Notes: generated from the letters alone by a model not told the origin. 64,000 nt of DNA from Vicinamibacterales bacterium (GCA_040881785.1 JBBECO010000221.1:1865-65864); one strand, 5' to 3'. Shown: positions 9,525 through 20,464, counted from the stretch's first letter. Translations and numbers: made by a program.

Positions 9525-12500
9525 GCGCGCCGCTCGTCGAGCCGGCACATGCGGCTCTCGAAACGGCGGCTCGTGAGCTGAGTGAGCGCCACACAGCCGT
9601 CGAATCGCGCGCGCGGCCGCTCGACTCACTGCTGCGAGTCTCGGCTCTCACCGCGTGGCTCGATCGCGCACGCGCCGCGCTCGCCGACCCGGCTCCCGAG
9701 GCGGCCAAGGCAGCAGAATGGCTCCTTGACAACGATTACCTGGTCGAGCGTGCGATTCGGCAGATCGAAGAAGATCTCCCCCCTGGTTTCTATCGCCGAC
9801 TACCCGGGCTCGCGCAGGGTGAGGAGGAACGCCGTCTGCCACGCGCGTATGCACTCACACACGGCTTCCTGCGGGCGTCACACCTGCACGTGTCGCTGCC
9901 AGGTGCGATCGCGTTCGCGCAGGCATACCAAAGGAACGGCACGTGGCTCACGATCGCCGAATTGTGGGCCTTTCCGGCGCTCCTCCGGCTGGCGTCGCTA
10001 GAACTGCTCGTCACAGCGCTTGCTCGGCTCGTGCCGGTCCTGGAATCGCCGATCCTCGTCCCGACGCTCACTCGCCTGCCCGTCGACGATACTGAATGCG
10101 TCGCCCGATCGCTCACGAACCTCGGTGCAATCGCCGCTATCCCGTGGAAGACGTTCTTCGAAGCGACCAGCCGTGTCGAAGCCATCCTGCGAACCGACCC
10201 GGCTGGCGCGTACGAGCGGATGGATTTCCAGACGCGGGATCGATACCGCGTCGCCGTGGAGGGAATCGCCGCCTGGTCAGGTCGACCGGAAGCCGAGACC
10301 GCACTGCAGGTCATCGCACAGTCCGATCGTCTGAGAACGCAAGGTCCAGATTGCGGCCACGTTGGGTACTGGCTGATCGGCGAGGGGCGTGGCACGTTCG
10401 AGCGGATCGTCGGCTGCCGCCCGCCCGCACGAGTCTCGTTCTGGCGATGGAGCTTCCGGCACGCCGGTCCCATCTATGCCACCGCGCTGGTCTCGGGCAC
10501 GGCAGCGGCGCTGGCGCTGCCCGTGCTCTACCTGTGGGCGATCGGCGCATCGGTCACGGGCGTCATCCTGGGCAGCGCCATCGCTCTTCTTCCCGGATCG
10601 GTCGTCGCGGTCACGATGGTGCACTGGGTAGTGACGCGCTTGGTGCCTCCACGAGTACTGCCGAAACTCGATTTCGATCGGGGGATCCCGCCCGATTGGA
10701 CGACCGCCGTCGTGATACCGGCGCTCGTGGGTAGCACGAAGGAGGCCGAGGACCTGCTGGCACAACTCGAGGAACACTACCTCGCCAATCCAGCATCGTC
10801 TGTGCAGTTCGCCCTCCTGACCGATCCACCTGATGCGCCGGTGCAGCGCATGCCCAACGACGAAGCCATCGAGGCGGCACTCGTCGACGGCATTCGGAAT
10901 CTCAACGCCCGACATGCTGACAATCGCTTTCACGTGCTCCATCGCCACCGCCGGTTGAATCCATCCGAGGGCTGCTGGATGGGATGGGAGCGCAAACGGG
11001 GCAAGCTGGAACAGTTCAACCGTCTCGTGCTGGGCGATCCGGGCGGGGGCTTCGACGTGTACGAGGGACGCCTGGAGGCACTGACGCAGATCCGGTTCGT
11101 CGTGACCGTCGACGCCGATACGCGCCTGCCGCAAGGCGCTGTGGCGCGTCTTGTGGGAGCACTTGCGCACCCGCTCAATCGCCCACAGTTCGACGAGGCA
11201 ACGGGTCGCGTGCACTCGGGATATACCGTCGTCCAACCGCGCGTCGAGATCTCACCTGAAAGCGGGAACCGCTCGCTCTTCGCGAGGCTCTACTCCGGCG
11301 ACACGGCCATCGACATCTATTCACGCGCCGTGTCCGACGTGTATCAGGACCTACTTGGCTCCGGCATCTACATTGGCAAGGGTATCTATGACGTGGAGGC
11401 ATTCCAGAGGAGCGTCGAGGGTCGGGTGCCGGAGAACGCACTCGCCAGTCACGACCTCTTCGAAGGCGCGCATGGTCGCGTGGCACTGGCCACCGACATC
11501 GTGGTTTACGAGAACTTCCCGAGTCAGTACGAAGTATTCGCGCGCCGATGGCATCGCTGGATGCGAGGCGACTGGCAGTTGCTGCCGTGGCTCGGCAGGT
11601 ATGTGCCCGGTGCCGCAGGAACACGCATCCCAAACGGGCTGCCGTACCTGGAACGCTGGAAGATTGCCGACAACCTGCGTCGCAGCTTGATGGCGCCCAC
11701 GCTCCTCGCGTTGCTGATCGCGGGCTGGCTCGTGCTCCCGGGCAGTCCGTGGGTGTGGACCACGCTCGCATTACTCGCACCAGCAGCCGCGTTGTTCACC
11801 GACCTCGTCACGGGCCTCGCAGGTGGACGTCGTCGCGGCGCTGTGCGAGGCGTGCTCCGGAACTTCGTCGACCACGCAGGCCGGTGGATTCTGACCATCG
11901 TATTCCTGGTGCAGGATGCGGTCCTCTGCATTGATGCAATCCTCAGGACGCTTTGGCGACTCTACGCCAGCCATCGCAAGCTCCTCGAATGGACGACGGC
12001 GGCGCACGTGGCGCATCACTTCAACGGGGGGGCGCCCGCGGACGCATGGCGGCGGCTGTGGGTGGGACCAGCCACCGCTGTCGTCCTGGGTGGCGCTGTC
12101 CTTGCCGCGCGGCCGGATGCGTTGGCGACCGCCGCGCCACTGCTCATCCTGTGGGTCGCCTCGCCCATGATCGCGTGGCGAACCGGCCACGCGCGCGCGA
12201 CCGAACGCGAGCCTCTGGACGAGAAATCCATCCTGTACTTGCGCCGATTGGCGCGCCGCACGTGGCTGTTCTTCGAGCGCTTCGCGGGACCCGACGATCA
12301 CTGGCTTCCGCCGGACAATTATCAGGAGCACCCGGGCGGCGAGCTCGCCCACCGGACGTCGCCCACCAACACCGGGATGCTCCTGCTCTCGTCGGTCAGC
12401 GCCTGGGATCTCGGGTTCGTCGGATTGCCCGAGCTTGCGGCCCGCGTGCGGAACACGCTCGACACGCTTCATCGCCTCGAACGCCACCACGGGCACTTCT

Positions 12501-15500
12501 TCAACTGGTACGACACGCGAACGCTGATCCCGCTCGAACCGCGGTACGTCTCCACTGTTGATAGCGGCAACCTCGCGGTCAGCCTGCTGACACTCAAAGA
12601 AGCCTGCCGCGAGGCCGCACGTGGTCCTGCCCTCGGAACGCAGCTCTGGAAAGGGCTGCGCGACCTGTTCGATCTCTTGGATACTGCTGCCGAGGATCTG
12701 CCCGCAAGCGGCGAGACCGATGCGCTCCGCTCGGTCGTCCGGGCGCTAGCGATTCGAGCGACAACGATCGCTCACGAGGCCCTCGCAGCGACAACAGACG
12801 CCGACGACCGGACGGCCCTCGATCAACTCGTCACCGCCGCTGTGAACCGGCAAGGCATCCCTTCCAGAACGCTGCAGGACATTCGCGTGTGGGTCGAACG
12901 CATTCACCATCACTGGCGGAGCATGGAGCGAGACGTGGAGACGCTCGCGCCCTGGCTGAGACTGATCGATACGGCGCCAGCTGGCGGCCTCGAATTGGCG
13001 GAACGTCTGCGGCACGTCCTGCCGCCGTCACTCGCTCTCGACGACGTCGCAGAACGCTGTCAGGACGCCCGACACGTGCTGGCCACTGCGACGTCCGAGC
13101 GAGCCGATGACAGCGTGCGTCCTTGGATCGAACGTCTCATCGACGCGGTTGAGGCCGGCGAACGTGGCGCCGCCTCCTTGCGCGACGCGCTGACACAGCT
13201 TGCCGATCGCGCGGAAGCGCTGGCACTCGACATGGACTTTCGGCCGCTCTTCGACGCTGAGCCGAAGTTGTTCCATATCGGTTACAACACAACCGCCGAC
13301 CGGCTCGATCCACATCACTACGATTTGCTCGCAAGCGAGGCGCGGCTGGCCAGCTTCTTCGCGATTGCCAAAGGCGACGTGCCGCTGGAACACTGGTTTC
13401 ATCTCGGCCGCCCGATCACGAGCGTCGGCGGCCGGCTGACGCTCGTGTCGTGGGGTGGCTCGATGTTCGAGTACCTGATGCCCGCGCTGCTGCTCCGCCG
13501 GCATCCGGGCGGGCTGCTCGCTGAGAGCGAGCACGCTGCCGTCGACGCGCACCGCCGCTTCGCACGAGACGCCGGCATTCCCTGGGGAATGTCTGAATCG
13601 GGCTTTGCCTCGCTCGATCTCAGCAACCACTACCGATACCAGGCGTTCGGGGTGCCCACGGTGGGGCTCCGCCGCGGCCTCTCGCGAGAGCTCGTCGTGG
13701 CCCCGTACGCGACAGCCCTGGCGCTCCTGGCACGCCCGCACGACGCCGTCGCGAACCTGCGTGAGCTTGAACGTCTCGGGATGCTCGGACTCTACGGGAT
13801 GTACGAGGCGGCAGACTTTCGTGCGGAGCACGCGACGCGAGAGGCTCGATTCGGAGTCGTTCGATCGTGGATGGCGCATCACCAGGGCATGGCGCTCGCG
13901 GCCATCAACAATGTGCTGTGCAACGACACGCTCGTGCGGCGCTTCCACGCCGACCGACGCGTGCGGACGGTGGAGGTCCTGCTGCAGGAGCGCGTGCCTC
14001 GCGAGCGTCCGACTGAAGCCGCCCGCTCGCGCGAGCGAGCCGAGGCCGCCGCACGCCGGCCTGTACCGGCCCTGCCGGAGGCGTGGGATCCCGCCGGCCC
14101 GCCTGGTGTACCGAAGGTGCAGTTGTTGGGCAACGGCCGGATGTCGTCGTGGATCTCGGAGAGCGGCGCCGGTGCACTCCACTGGCAGGGTCAGGCCCTC
14201 ACGCGATGGATTCCTGATCCCACCCGCGATCACTGCGGCCTCTGGATCTACGTGCGGGACGAGGAAAGCGGGCAGGTCTGGTCCGTCGGACGGCAGCCGA
14301 CGGCCGTTGTCGCAGACGAGGCCGCCTGCATCTTTCACGCGCACCTGGCGGAGTTTCGGCAGCGCAACCATCGCATCGCCATTCGGATGGACGTCGGTGT
14401 CTTGCCGGCCGATGATCTGGAGGCCCGACGTGTCAGCGTCGCCAACGAAGACGACCGACGTCGCACGCTCACCTTGACGACATACGGCGAGGTCGTGCTC
14501 GGACCTCCACGCGACGACGAGCGCCACCCGGCATTCAGCAAGCTGTTCGTGAACAGCGAGTGGCTGCCGGCTGCTCGCGGGGTGTTGTTCACGCGCCGAC
14601 CTCGACACCCGAACGAACGGCCTCCGGTTCTGCTGCATGCCGTGGTCCTCGATCCGTCCCTGCCGGTCGAGGTCACAGGATACGAGACGGACCGCCGTGC
14701 GTTCCTTGGACGGCACGGCAATCCGCGTCGGCCTCGCTCGGTCGTCGAGGGGCTGACCGGCACCGTCGGATGGACGCTCGATCCTATCTTCGCGCTGCAG
14801 GTCCGCGTGATGCTCGATCCTGGCCAACGGGCGGAGCTGTGTTTCGTCACCGCCGCGGCCGGGTCGCGCGAATCGGTGCTCCAATTGGCCGAGCGCTACG
14901 ACGCAACGACCGCAGTGGACTGGGCCATCCAAGACGCGGCGATCAAGGCGGCGCATGAGGCCACTCGGCTCCGGCTCCGGCCATCGGAGCTGCCGGACCT
15001 TCAAACGCTCGCATCACTGCTGCTCGCGCCGCACGCGGCGCTACGTGCCTCAGCGTCCCAGCGAGCCGCCAATCGTCTGGGGCAGTCACGCCTGTGGGGA
15101 ATGGGGATCTCCGGCGATGCACCGATTCTGTTGCTGCGCACGAGCGACCCACACAGCGAACTGCTCCCTGTGCTCGTGCGTGGTCACGAGCTCTGGCGCC
15201 GGCGCGGGCTTCAGGTCGACCTCGTGGTGCTGCGATCAGGAACATCGACGTACGCGGAGCCGCTGCGCGAGCGGTTGACCGATCTGCTGGAGGGCATAGG
15301 GGCACACAGCACGCTCGCAGGGAGCGGCGGGGTGCATTTGGTGATTGCCGATCAGATCCAGGAGGAGGAGGCGCGCCTGCTCGAATGCGTTGCCCGCGTC
15401 GTCCTGGACGACGCGCGAGGAGGTCTGGCACGTCAACTGGTGCCCGCTGTCGAGGCTGCCGATCTCCCGCTATTCGAACCTGTGCACGTTCCGGAGGCGC

Positions 15501-16876
15501 CTCCGGTCGCACACGTCGACTACCCCGGCGACCTGCTGTTCGACAACGGGTTCGGCGGCTTCTCTCCAGACGGACGCGAGTACATCATCCACCTTCCGCC
15601 GGGCTCGCAGACGCCCGCGCCCTGGTGCAACGTACTCGCGAACGACGCCTTCGGTTGCGTCGTGAGCGAATCCGGGCTGGGATTCACGTGGTCGCAGAAC
15701 AGCGGCGACAACCGCCTGACGCCGTGGACCAACGATCCGGTGCTCGATGCGGCGGGCGAGGCCCTGTACCTCCGGGACGAGGAGGATGCGCGCATCTGGA
15801 CGCCGACGCCGAGCCCGGCTGGACGCGACGCGGCGTGTGAGGTTCGCCACGGCGCGGGCTACACGATCTGGGCACAGCGCAGTCACGGATTCGAGCAGCG
15901 GCTCACCGTGTTTGTGCCGCCCGACGGGTCAGTGAAAATCGCGCGGTTTCAGCTCAAGAACCTCTGGAATCGCCCGCGCCGCGTGACGGCAACCTACTAT
16001 GTTGAGTGGCTGCTGGGCGCGCTTCCGAGCGTCGCGCGCCCGCAGATTGTCACCGCATGGGATCCCACCGGCACCTGCCTCCTCGCGTCCTCTGCCTGGA
16101 GCGCGGACTTCGGCGAGCGGGTCGCCTTTCTGACGTCCACGTTGCGGCCGCACGGCGTCACGGCCGACCGGCGGGAATTTCTGGGCCTCGAGGGCGACCT
16201 GGCTGCACCGGCCGCACTGCGTCGCTGGGGCCTCAGCGGCCGCGCGGACAGCGCGACGGATCCATGCGCGTGCTACCAAGTGCATCTCGACGTTGCGGCT
16301 GACGCGTCGGCGGAAGCCGTCTTCATCCTCGGCCAGGGAGACACCCGTCAGCAGGCGCTCGATCTCGCGCAAGGCTGGCGCGATCCGGCACGCGTTGACG
16401 GTGCGTGGGCCGCGCTGCACGCGCATTGGGATCACGTCCTTGGGGCCGTCCGGGCGCGTACGCCGGATCCAGCGCTCGATCTGATGGTCAACCGCTGGTG
16501 GCTCTATCAGACGATGGCGTCACGGGTACTCGCGCGCGCCGGGTTCTATCAGGCGGGTGGCGCGATCGGGTTCCGCGATCAACTGCAGGACGTGCTTGCA
16601 CTACTGCATGCGGACCCCGCGCGCACGCGCGCGCACATCCTCGCGTGCGCGGCGCGGCAGTTCGAGGAAGGCGATGTCCTGCACTGGTGGCATCCACCGT
16701 CCGGCCGCGGCGTCCGCACGCGGTGCTCCGATGATCTCCTTTGGCTGCCGTGGGCAGCCATCTCGTACATCGAGGCGACGGGTGACCGGACGATCCTCGA
16801 CGAAGAGGTGCCGTTCCTGCGAGCGCCGGCGCTCGCGCCGCATGAGAAGGTCCGGTACGCGCGGGTCGAAGTGTAG
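9521..16876 (+). CDS. cyclic beta-1,2-glucan synthase-like protein (NdvB/ChvB/Cgs type), N-terminal 2,451 codons ending at an in-frame TAG
   Basis: Multi-TM N-terminal region and a GT84-like core (VVTVDADTRLP, QPRV). A large central region leads into GH94 phosphorylase-like sequence. The frame continues into 16928-18007 after the TAG at 16874-16876. Confidence 0.85.
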   Translation: MSAPLVEPAHAALETAARELSERHTAVESRARPLDSLLRVSALTAWLDRARAALADPAPEAAKAAEWLLDNDYLVERAIRQIEEDLPPGFYRRLPGLAQGEEERRLPRAYALTHGFLRASHLHVSLPGAIAFAQAYQRNGTWLTIAELWAFPALLRLASLELLVTALARLVPVLESPILVPTLTRLPVDDTECVARSLTNLGAIAAIPWKTFFEATSRVEAILRTDPAGAYERMDFQTRDRYRVAVEGIAAWSGRPEAETALQVIAQSDRLRTQGPDCGHVGYWLIGEGRGTFERIVGCRPPARVSFWRWSFRHAGPIYATALVSGTAAALALPVLYLWAIGASVTGVILGSAIALLPGSVVAVTMVHWVVTRLVPPRVLPKLDFDRGIPPDWTTAVVIPALVGSTKEAEDLLAQLEEHYLANPASSVQFALLTDPPDAPVQRMPNDEAIEAALVDGIRNLNARHADNRFHVLHRHRRLNPSEGCWMGWERKRGKLEQFNRLVLGDPGGGFDVYEGRLEALTQIRFVVTVDADTRLPQGAVARLVGALAHPLNRPQFDEATGRVHSGYTVVQPRVEISPESGNRSLFARLYSGDTAIDIYSRAVSDVYQDLLGSGIYIGKGIYDVEAFQRSVEGRVPENALASHDLFEGAHGRVALATDIVVYENFPSQYEVFARRWHRWMRGDWQLLPWLGRYVPGAAGTRIPNGLPYLERWKIADNLRRSLMAPTLLALLIAGWLVLPGSPWVWTTLALLAPAAALFTDLVTGLAGGRRRGAVRGVLRNFVDHAGRWILTIVFLVQDAVLCIDAILRTLWRLYASHRKLLEWTTAAHVAHHFNGGAPADAWRRLWVGPATAVVLGGAVLAARPDALATAAPLLILWVASPMIAWRTGHARATEREPLDEKSILYLRRLARRTWLFFERFAGPDDHWLPPDNYQEHPGGELAHRTSPTNTGMLLLSSVSAWDLGFVGLPELAARVRNTLDTLHRLERHHGHFFNWYDTRTLIPLEPRYVSTVDSGNLAVSLLTLKEACREAARGPALGTQLWKGLRDLFDLLDTAAEDLPASGETDALRSVVRALAIRATTIAHEALAATTDADDRTALDQLVTAAVNRQGIPSRTLQDIRVWVERIHHHWRSMERDVETLAPWLRLIDTAPAGGLELAERLRHVLPPSLALDDVAERCQDARHVLATATSERADDSVRPWIERLIDAVEAGERGAASLRDALTQLADRAEALALDMDFRPLFDAEPKLFHIGYNTTADRLDPHHYDLLASEARLASFFAIAKGDVPLEHWFHLGRPITSVGGRLTLVSWGGSMFEYLMPALLLRRHPGGLLAESEHAAVDAHRRFARDAGIPWGMSESGFASLDLSNHYRYQAFGVPTVGLRRGLSRELVVAPYATALALLARPHDAVANLRELERLGMLGLYGMYEAADFRAEHATREARFGVVRSWMAHHQGMALAAINNVLCNDTLVRRFHADRRVRTVEVLLQERVPRERPTEAARSRERAEAAARRPVPALPEAWDPAGPPGVPKVQLLGNGRMSSWISESGAGALHWQGQALTRWIPDPTRDHCGLWIYVRDEESGQVWSVGRQPTAVVADEAACIFHAHLAEFRQRNHRIAIRMDVGVLPADDLEARRVSVANEDDRRRTLTLTTYGEVVLGPPRDDERHPAFSKLFVNSEWLPAARGVLFTRRPRHPNERPPVLLHAVVLDPSLPVEVTGYETDRRAFLGRHGNPRRPRSVVEGLTGTVGWTLDPIFALQVRVMLDPGQRAELCFVTAAAGSRESVLQLAERYDATTAVDWAIQDAAIKAAHEATRLRLRPSELPDLQTLASLLLAPHAALRASASQRAANRLGQSRLWGMGISGDAPILLLRTSDPHSELLPVLVRGHELWRRRGLQVDLVVLRSGTSTYAEPLRERLTDLLEGIGAHSTLAGSGGVHLVIADQIQEEEARLLECVARVVLDDARGGLARQLVPAVEAADLPLFEPVHVPEAPPVAHVDYPGDLLFDNGFGGFSPDGREYIIHLPPGSQTPAPWCNVLANDAFGCVVSESGLGFTWSQNSGDNRLTPWTNDPVLDAAGEALYLRDEEDARIWTPTPSPAGRDAACEVRHGAGYTIWAQRSHGFEQRLTVFVPPDGSVKIARFQLKNLWNRPRRVTATYYVEWLLGALPSVARPQIVTAWDPTGTCLLASSAWSADFGERVAFLTSTLRPHGVTADRREFLGLEGDLAAPAALRRWGLSGRADSATDPCACYQVHLDVAADASAEAVFILGQGDTRQQALDLAQGWRDPARVDGAWAALHAHWDHVLGAVRARTPDPALDLMVNRWWLYQTMASRVLARAGFYQAGGAIGFRDQLQDVLALLHADPARTRAHILACAARQFEEGDVLHWWHPPSGRGVRTRCSDDLLWLPWAAISYIEATGDRTILDEEVPFLRAPALAPHEKVRYARVEV

Positions 16877-16927
16877 CCCGATCGTCGCTGCCTCTTCGAG
16901 CATTGCCAGCGTGCGCTCGAGCGTGCC

Positions 16928-18007
16928 GTGACGCACGGCGCCCACGGCCTGCCCCTGATTGGCGCCGGCGACTGGAACGACGGGATGGATCGAGTCGGCG
17001 CGCAGGGGAAGGGCGAAAGCGTGTGGCTCGCCTGGTTCGCGATCGCTGTGATGAACGGCTTCGCCGCCCTGTGCCGGGACACTCGACATGACGAGCTCGG
17101 CGAACAATGGCAGCGTCGCGCGCGTGAGATGGCTCGAGCCGTCGAAGAGACGGCGTGGGACGGCGAATGGTACGTGCGCGCATTCGACGATGATGGACGT
17201 CCCTGGGGATCGCGCCAGAACGACGAGTGCCGCATCGACGCGCTCGCCCAGTCCTGGGCGGTGTTGAGCGACGTCGCCGATCCTGAACGGGCGCGGCAGG
17301 CGGTGCTGGCAGCGGAACGCGAGCTGCTGGACGAACGCGAACGACTGATCCGATTGCTCTGGCCTCCCTTCGACCGCACACCGCGTGACCCGGGATATAT
17401 CAAGGCCTATCCACCCGGCATTCGCGAGAACGGAGGCCAGTACACCCATGCGGCCGCGTGGCTCGGGCTCGCCTACGCGGCGCTGCATGACGCCACACGC
17501 GCGTCTCGCGTGCTGCAGTGGCTGAACCCGATCACACGGAGTGCGACGCGAGAGGCCGCCGAGCATTACAGAACGGAACCGTATGTCCTCGCCGCGGACA
17601 TTGGTGCGGTGGTACCGCATGCCGGCCGCGGGGGGTGGACCTGGTACACGGGATCGGCCGCGTGGACTTGGCGACTGGCGGTCGAAGGCCTCCTCGGCCT
17701 TCGGCTCCGCAATGGACGACTGCAGATCGATCCGTGTCTGCCACCAGGGTGGGATCGGTTCGAGGCTGAGGTTCGTCGCAACGGCGGAATGATGGCGATC
17801 ACGGTGGACGTGTCATCGGAGATGACCGCGGGTCGCCGCGAGATCGTCGTCGACAACGTGCCCTGCGAAGAAGGCGACGTGGCATTTCCTCCTGATGGCG
17901 CCACGCGCTCCGTGCACGTCCGCATTGGCCGCCAGGACATGCAACTGCCGACGCCCGTTGGGACAGGCGACATGAGCTCGTGCGAGCGTGTCTCAGACCT
18001 CACCTGA
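16928..18007 (+). CDS. C-terminal GH94 (cellobiose/chitobiose-phosphorylase-like) part of the same glucan synthase, same frame as 9521-16876
   Basis: HGLPLIGAGDWNDGMDRVG (GH94 catalytic region) and ...ENGGQYTHAAAW... The homologous sequence PDRRCLFEHCQRALERAV starts immediately after the TAG, before any start codon. Confidence 0.8.
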   Translation: MTHGAHGLPLIGAGDWNDGMDRVGAQGKGESVWLAWFAIAVMNGFAALCRDTRHDELGEQWQRRAREMARAVEETAWDGEWYVRAFDDDGRPWGSRQNDECRIDALAQSWAVLSDVADPERARQAVLAAERELLDERERLIRLLWPPFDRTPRDPGYIKAYPPGIRENGGQYTHAAAWLGLAYAALHDATRASRVLQWLNPITRSATREAAEHYRTEPYVLAADIGAVVPHAGRGGWTWYTGSAAWTWRLAVEGLLGLRLRNGRLQIDPCLPPGWDRFEAEVRRNGGMMAITVDVSSEMTAGRREIVVDNVPCEEGDVAFPPDGATRSVHVRIGRQDMQLPTPVGTGDMSSCERVSDLT

Positions 18008-18248
18008 GGTCGATGATTGAGCAGGTGGCTCACGTGGCGTTTCCTGGGGCACGAGTTGGCAGACGTCGTGCGTGCGTGGCGGGCGGTGGATCTCGTGCTC
18101 GCCGAGTGGGAGCGACGTGACTCACGCCACTTTTCGCCGCGACCGACGCACATGCCGTTAGAGAGACGAGGCTTTGTCCCGCACACGGCGCCGGAGACTT
18201 GCCCATGACGCGCTGGCGCAACCGGGAGATCGCGTGAGCCGCCCGACC

Positions 18249-20060
18249 ATGAGAACGCTCGCCGACCTGGCCCTCCACGCCGCACGGGGGTCTCCCGACC
18301 GCGCGGTGGTACGCCAGTGCCGTGGCGACACGGTGGTCGACACGTCCGGCCGTGACTTCTTCTCGTGGGTCCGCGACCTGAGCCTCGGCCTCGAGGAGCT
18401 TGGGCTCGCCGCCGGTGATCGCGTCGCGGTCGTCGCTGAAGGCTGTCCCGAATGGTGCGCGACCGACCTGGCGGTAGCGGCCGCAGGCGGTGTGACGGTG
18501 CCGGTGTACCCGACGCTCACGGCGGCACAGGCGGGCTACATCGTGAACGATTCCGGCGCAACGCTGGCGGTCGTCTCCAACCGCACACAGGTCGAGAAGC
18601 TCATCGGCCGGGAAGCCCGGCTCTCCGGCCTCACGGCGATCCTCGTGATGGACGTTGATGGAGGACCGTGGCCCAAGGGCGTCGTGCCTCTCCGCGATCT
18701 CGCCGCCCGCGGTCGTCAGCGTGTCCTGACTCGCGCAGATGAGGCGCAGCATTTCGAGGAGCGTGTTGCGGCCCTCGATCGCCAAGCCTTGGCGACGATC
18801 ATCTACACTTCGGGCACAACCGGCGAGCCCAAGGGCGTGATGCTCACGCATCACAACGTGCTGTCGAACGTGGAGGCGACCACCGACCTGCTTGGCGTCA
18901 CGGCCGATGACGTCGCGCTCTCGTTCCTGCCGATCAGCCACGCCTTCGAGCGGATCGCGGTCTACACGTATCTGTACGCAGGGGCCGCCGTCACGTTTGC
19001 AGAATCGCTCGACACCCTGGCGCGCGACATGGTCACAGTACGGCCGACGCTCATGACCGCGGTGCCGCGCGTGTTCGAGAAGCTGTACGCTCACATTCAG
19101 GAGACGGCCGCGCAGGCCCCCGTCGCCCGGCGGGCGGTCTTTCGCTGGGCCGTCGCCGTCGGCCACCGCCGCTCGACGCGCGTGCGCCGCGGCGAGGCGG
19201 CGGGGCCGCTGCTCGCGCTGGAGGACCGCCTGGCCGACCGGCTGGTCTTTCGACGGATTCGTGCAGCCACCGGCGGCCGACTGCGGGTCCTCGTCTCCGG
19301 CGGCGCACCGCTACCACGTCCGCTGGCAGAGTTCTTCGATGCCATCGGGCTGACGATCATCGAAGGCTATGGACTCACCGAGGCGTCACCCGTCTTGACG
19401 GTCAACCCGCTCGACCGGCCGAAGTTCGGCACTGTCGGCTGCGCGCTTCCCGGCGTCGAGCTGCGCATCGCCGCGGATGGCGAGATCCTCGCGCGGGGGC
19501 CGAACATCATGCGCGGCTATTACCACAAGCCCGAGGCGACTCGAGCCGTCCTCGACCAGGACGGCTGGCTGCACACAGGGGATCTCGGAACGCTCGATCC
19601 GGAGGGGTACCTGACGATCATCGACCGCAAGAAGGATCTTCTCATCACGTCAGGGGGAAAGCACGTGGCCCCGCAACCCATCGAGGACGAGATCCGCCGC
19701 CATCCGCTCGTGGCGGAGGCCGTCCTCGTCGGCGACGGGCGCACGTTCATCGCCGCGCTCCTCGTGCCGGATTTTCCCGCGCTTGAGCGCCGGCTCGCGG
19801 CGCTGGACCGACCCGGCGGGGCGCGCGACACGCTCGTCACCCGCCCCGACGTGGTCGCACTCTTCCAGGAGGTGATCGATGCGGTCAACGCCACGCGCGC
19901 GCCCTTCGAGACCATCAAGCGCTTCGCCCTGATCCCGTCGGCCTTCACGATCGCTGCCGGCGAGCTGACACCCACGATGAAGGTGAAACGCCGTGTGATC
20001 GAAGACCGCTGGCGAGCTCTGATCGAGCAGCTGTACGAGCACGAGGCCCGCCGCACCTGA
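18249..20060 (+). CDS. long-chain-fatty-acid--CoA ligase (AMP-dependent synthetase/ligase)
   Basis: IIYTSGTTGEPKGVMLTHHN, GYGLTEASP and WLHTGDLG...GYLTIIDRKKDLLITSGGKHVAPQPIE motifs. The ATG at 18249 lies inside the longer ORF. Confidence 0.9.
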   Translation: MRTLADLALHAARGSPDRAVVRQCRGDTVVDTSGRDFFSWVRDLSLGLEELGLAAGDRVAVVAEGCPEWCATDLAVAAAGGVTVPVYPTLTAAQAGYIVNDSGATLAVVSNRTQVEKLIGREARLSGLTAILVMDVDGGPWPKGVVPLRDLAARGRQRVLTRADEAQHFEERVAALDRQALATIIYTSGTTGEPKGVMLTHHNVLSNVEATTDLLGVTADDVALSFLPISHAFERIAVYTYLYAGAAVTFAESLDTLARDMVTVRPTLMTAVPRVFEKLYAHIQETAAQAPVARRAVFRWAVAVGHRRSTRVRRGEAAGPLLALEDRLADRLVFRRIRAATGGRLRVLVSGGAPLPRPLAEFFDAIGLTIIEGYGLTEASPVLTVNPLDRPKFGTVGCALPGVELRIAADGEILARGPNIMRGYYHKPEATRAVLDQDGWLHTGDLGTLDPEGYLTIIDRKKDLLITSGGKHVAPQPIEDEIRRHPLVAEAVLVGDGRTFIAALLVPDFPALERRLAALDRPGGARDTLVTRPDVVALFQEVIDAVNATRAPFETIKRFALIPSAFTIAAGELTPTMKVKRRVIEDRWRALIEQLYEHEARRT

Positions 20061-20113
20061 ATATCGTCGGCGGCTCACGCGCCGTTCTCCATTCGTATGA
20101 CGTCAGGGATGAC

Positions 20114-20464
20114 TCAGCGTTGGCGCCGCTCAGCAGCGGGCAGCATGAGCGGATCCTTCAGATGCAGGATCTGCTTCACGCCATCGGCCGACACGACCGC
20201 GACCGTCTCGACGCCCTTTGGACCTTCCTGAAAGTAGACCTCCCTCGGGTGCCTGATGAGGTGGTTCAGCCCACTCATAGCCACATCGAGAAGATCGTCT
20301 TGAGCATCGTAGGTGACGCCCAGTAACGGCAGCCACTCCGCCACAATCTGATCACCGAGTTCGAGCGACGCCGCCTCCACTTCGACTCGTTTGCCGACCA
20401 GGGCGTCCGCCAAGCCGTCGAAGAACGCTCGCCACTCTGCCTGAGGGATGGTTCGTGATGCCAT
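20114..20464 (-). CDS. DUF5335-like small protein
   Basis: MASRTIPQAEWRAFFDGL...VTYDAQDDLLDVAMSGLNHLIRHPREVYF...LHLKDPLMLP. The family assignment is from memory only. Confidence 0.45.
   Translation of the reverse strand: MASRTIPQAEWRAFFDGLADALVGKRVEVEAASLELGDQIVAEWLPLLGVTYDAQDDLLDVAMSGLNHLIRHPREVYFQEGPKGVETVAVVSADGVKQILHLKDPLMLPAAERRQR

Noticed and set aside
13028-15004. 658-aa minus-strand ORF (and similar ORFs at 10277-11236 and 16488-17620) inside the glucan synthase gene
   Set aside because: These are antisense to a gene with clear family motifs. Their composition is Arg/Gly/Ala/Pro-rich with no motifs, so they are shadow ORFs.
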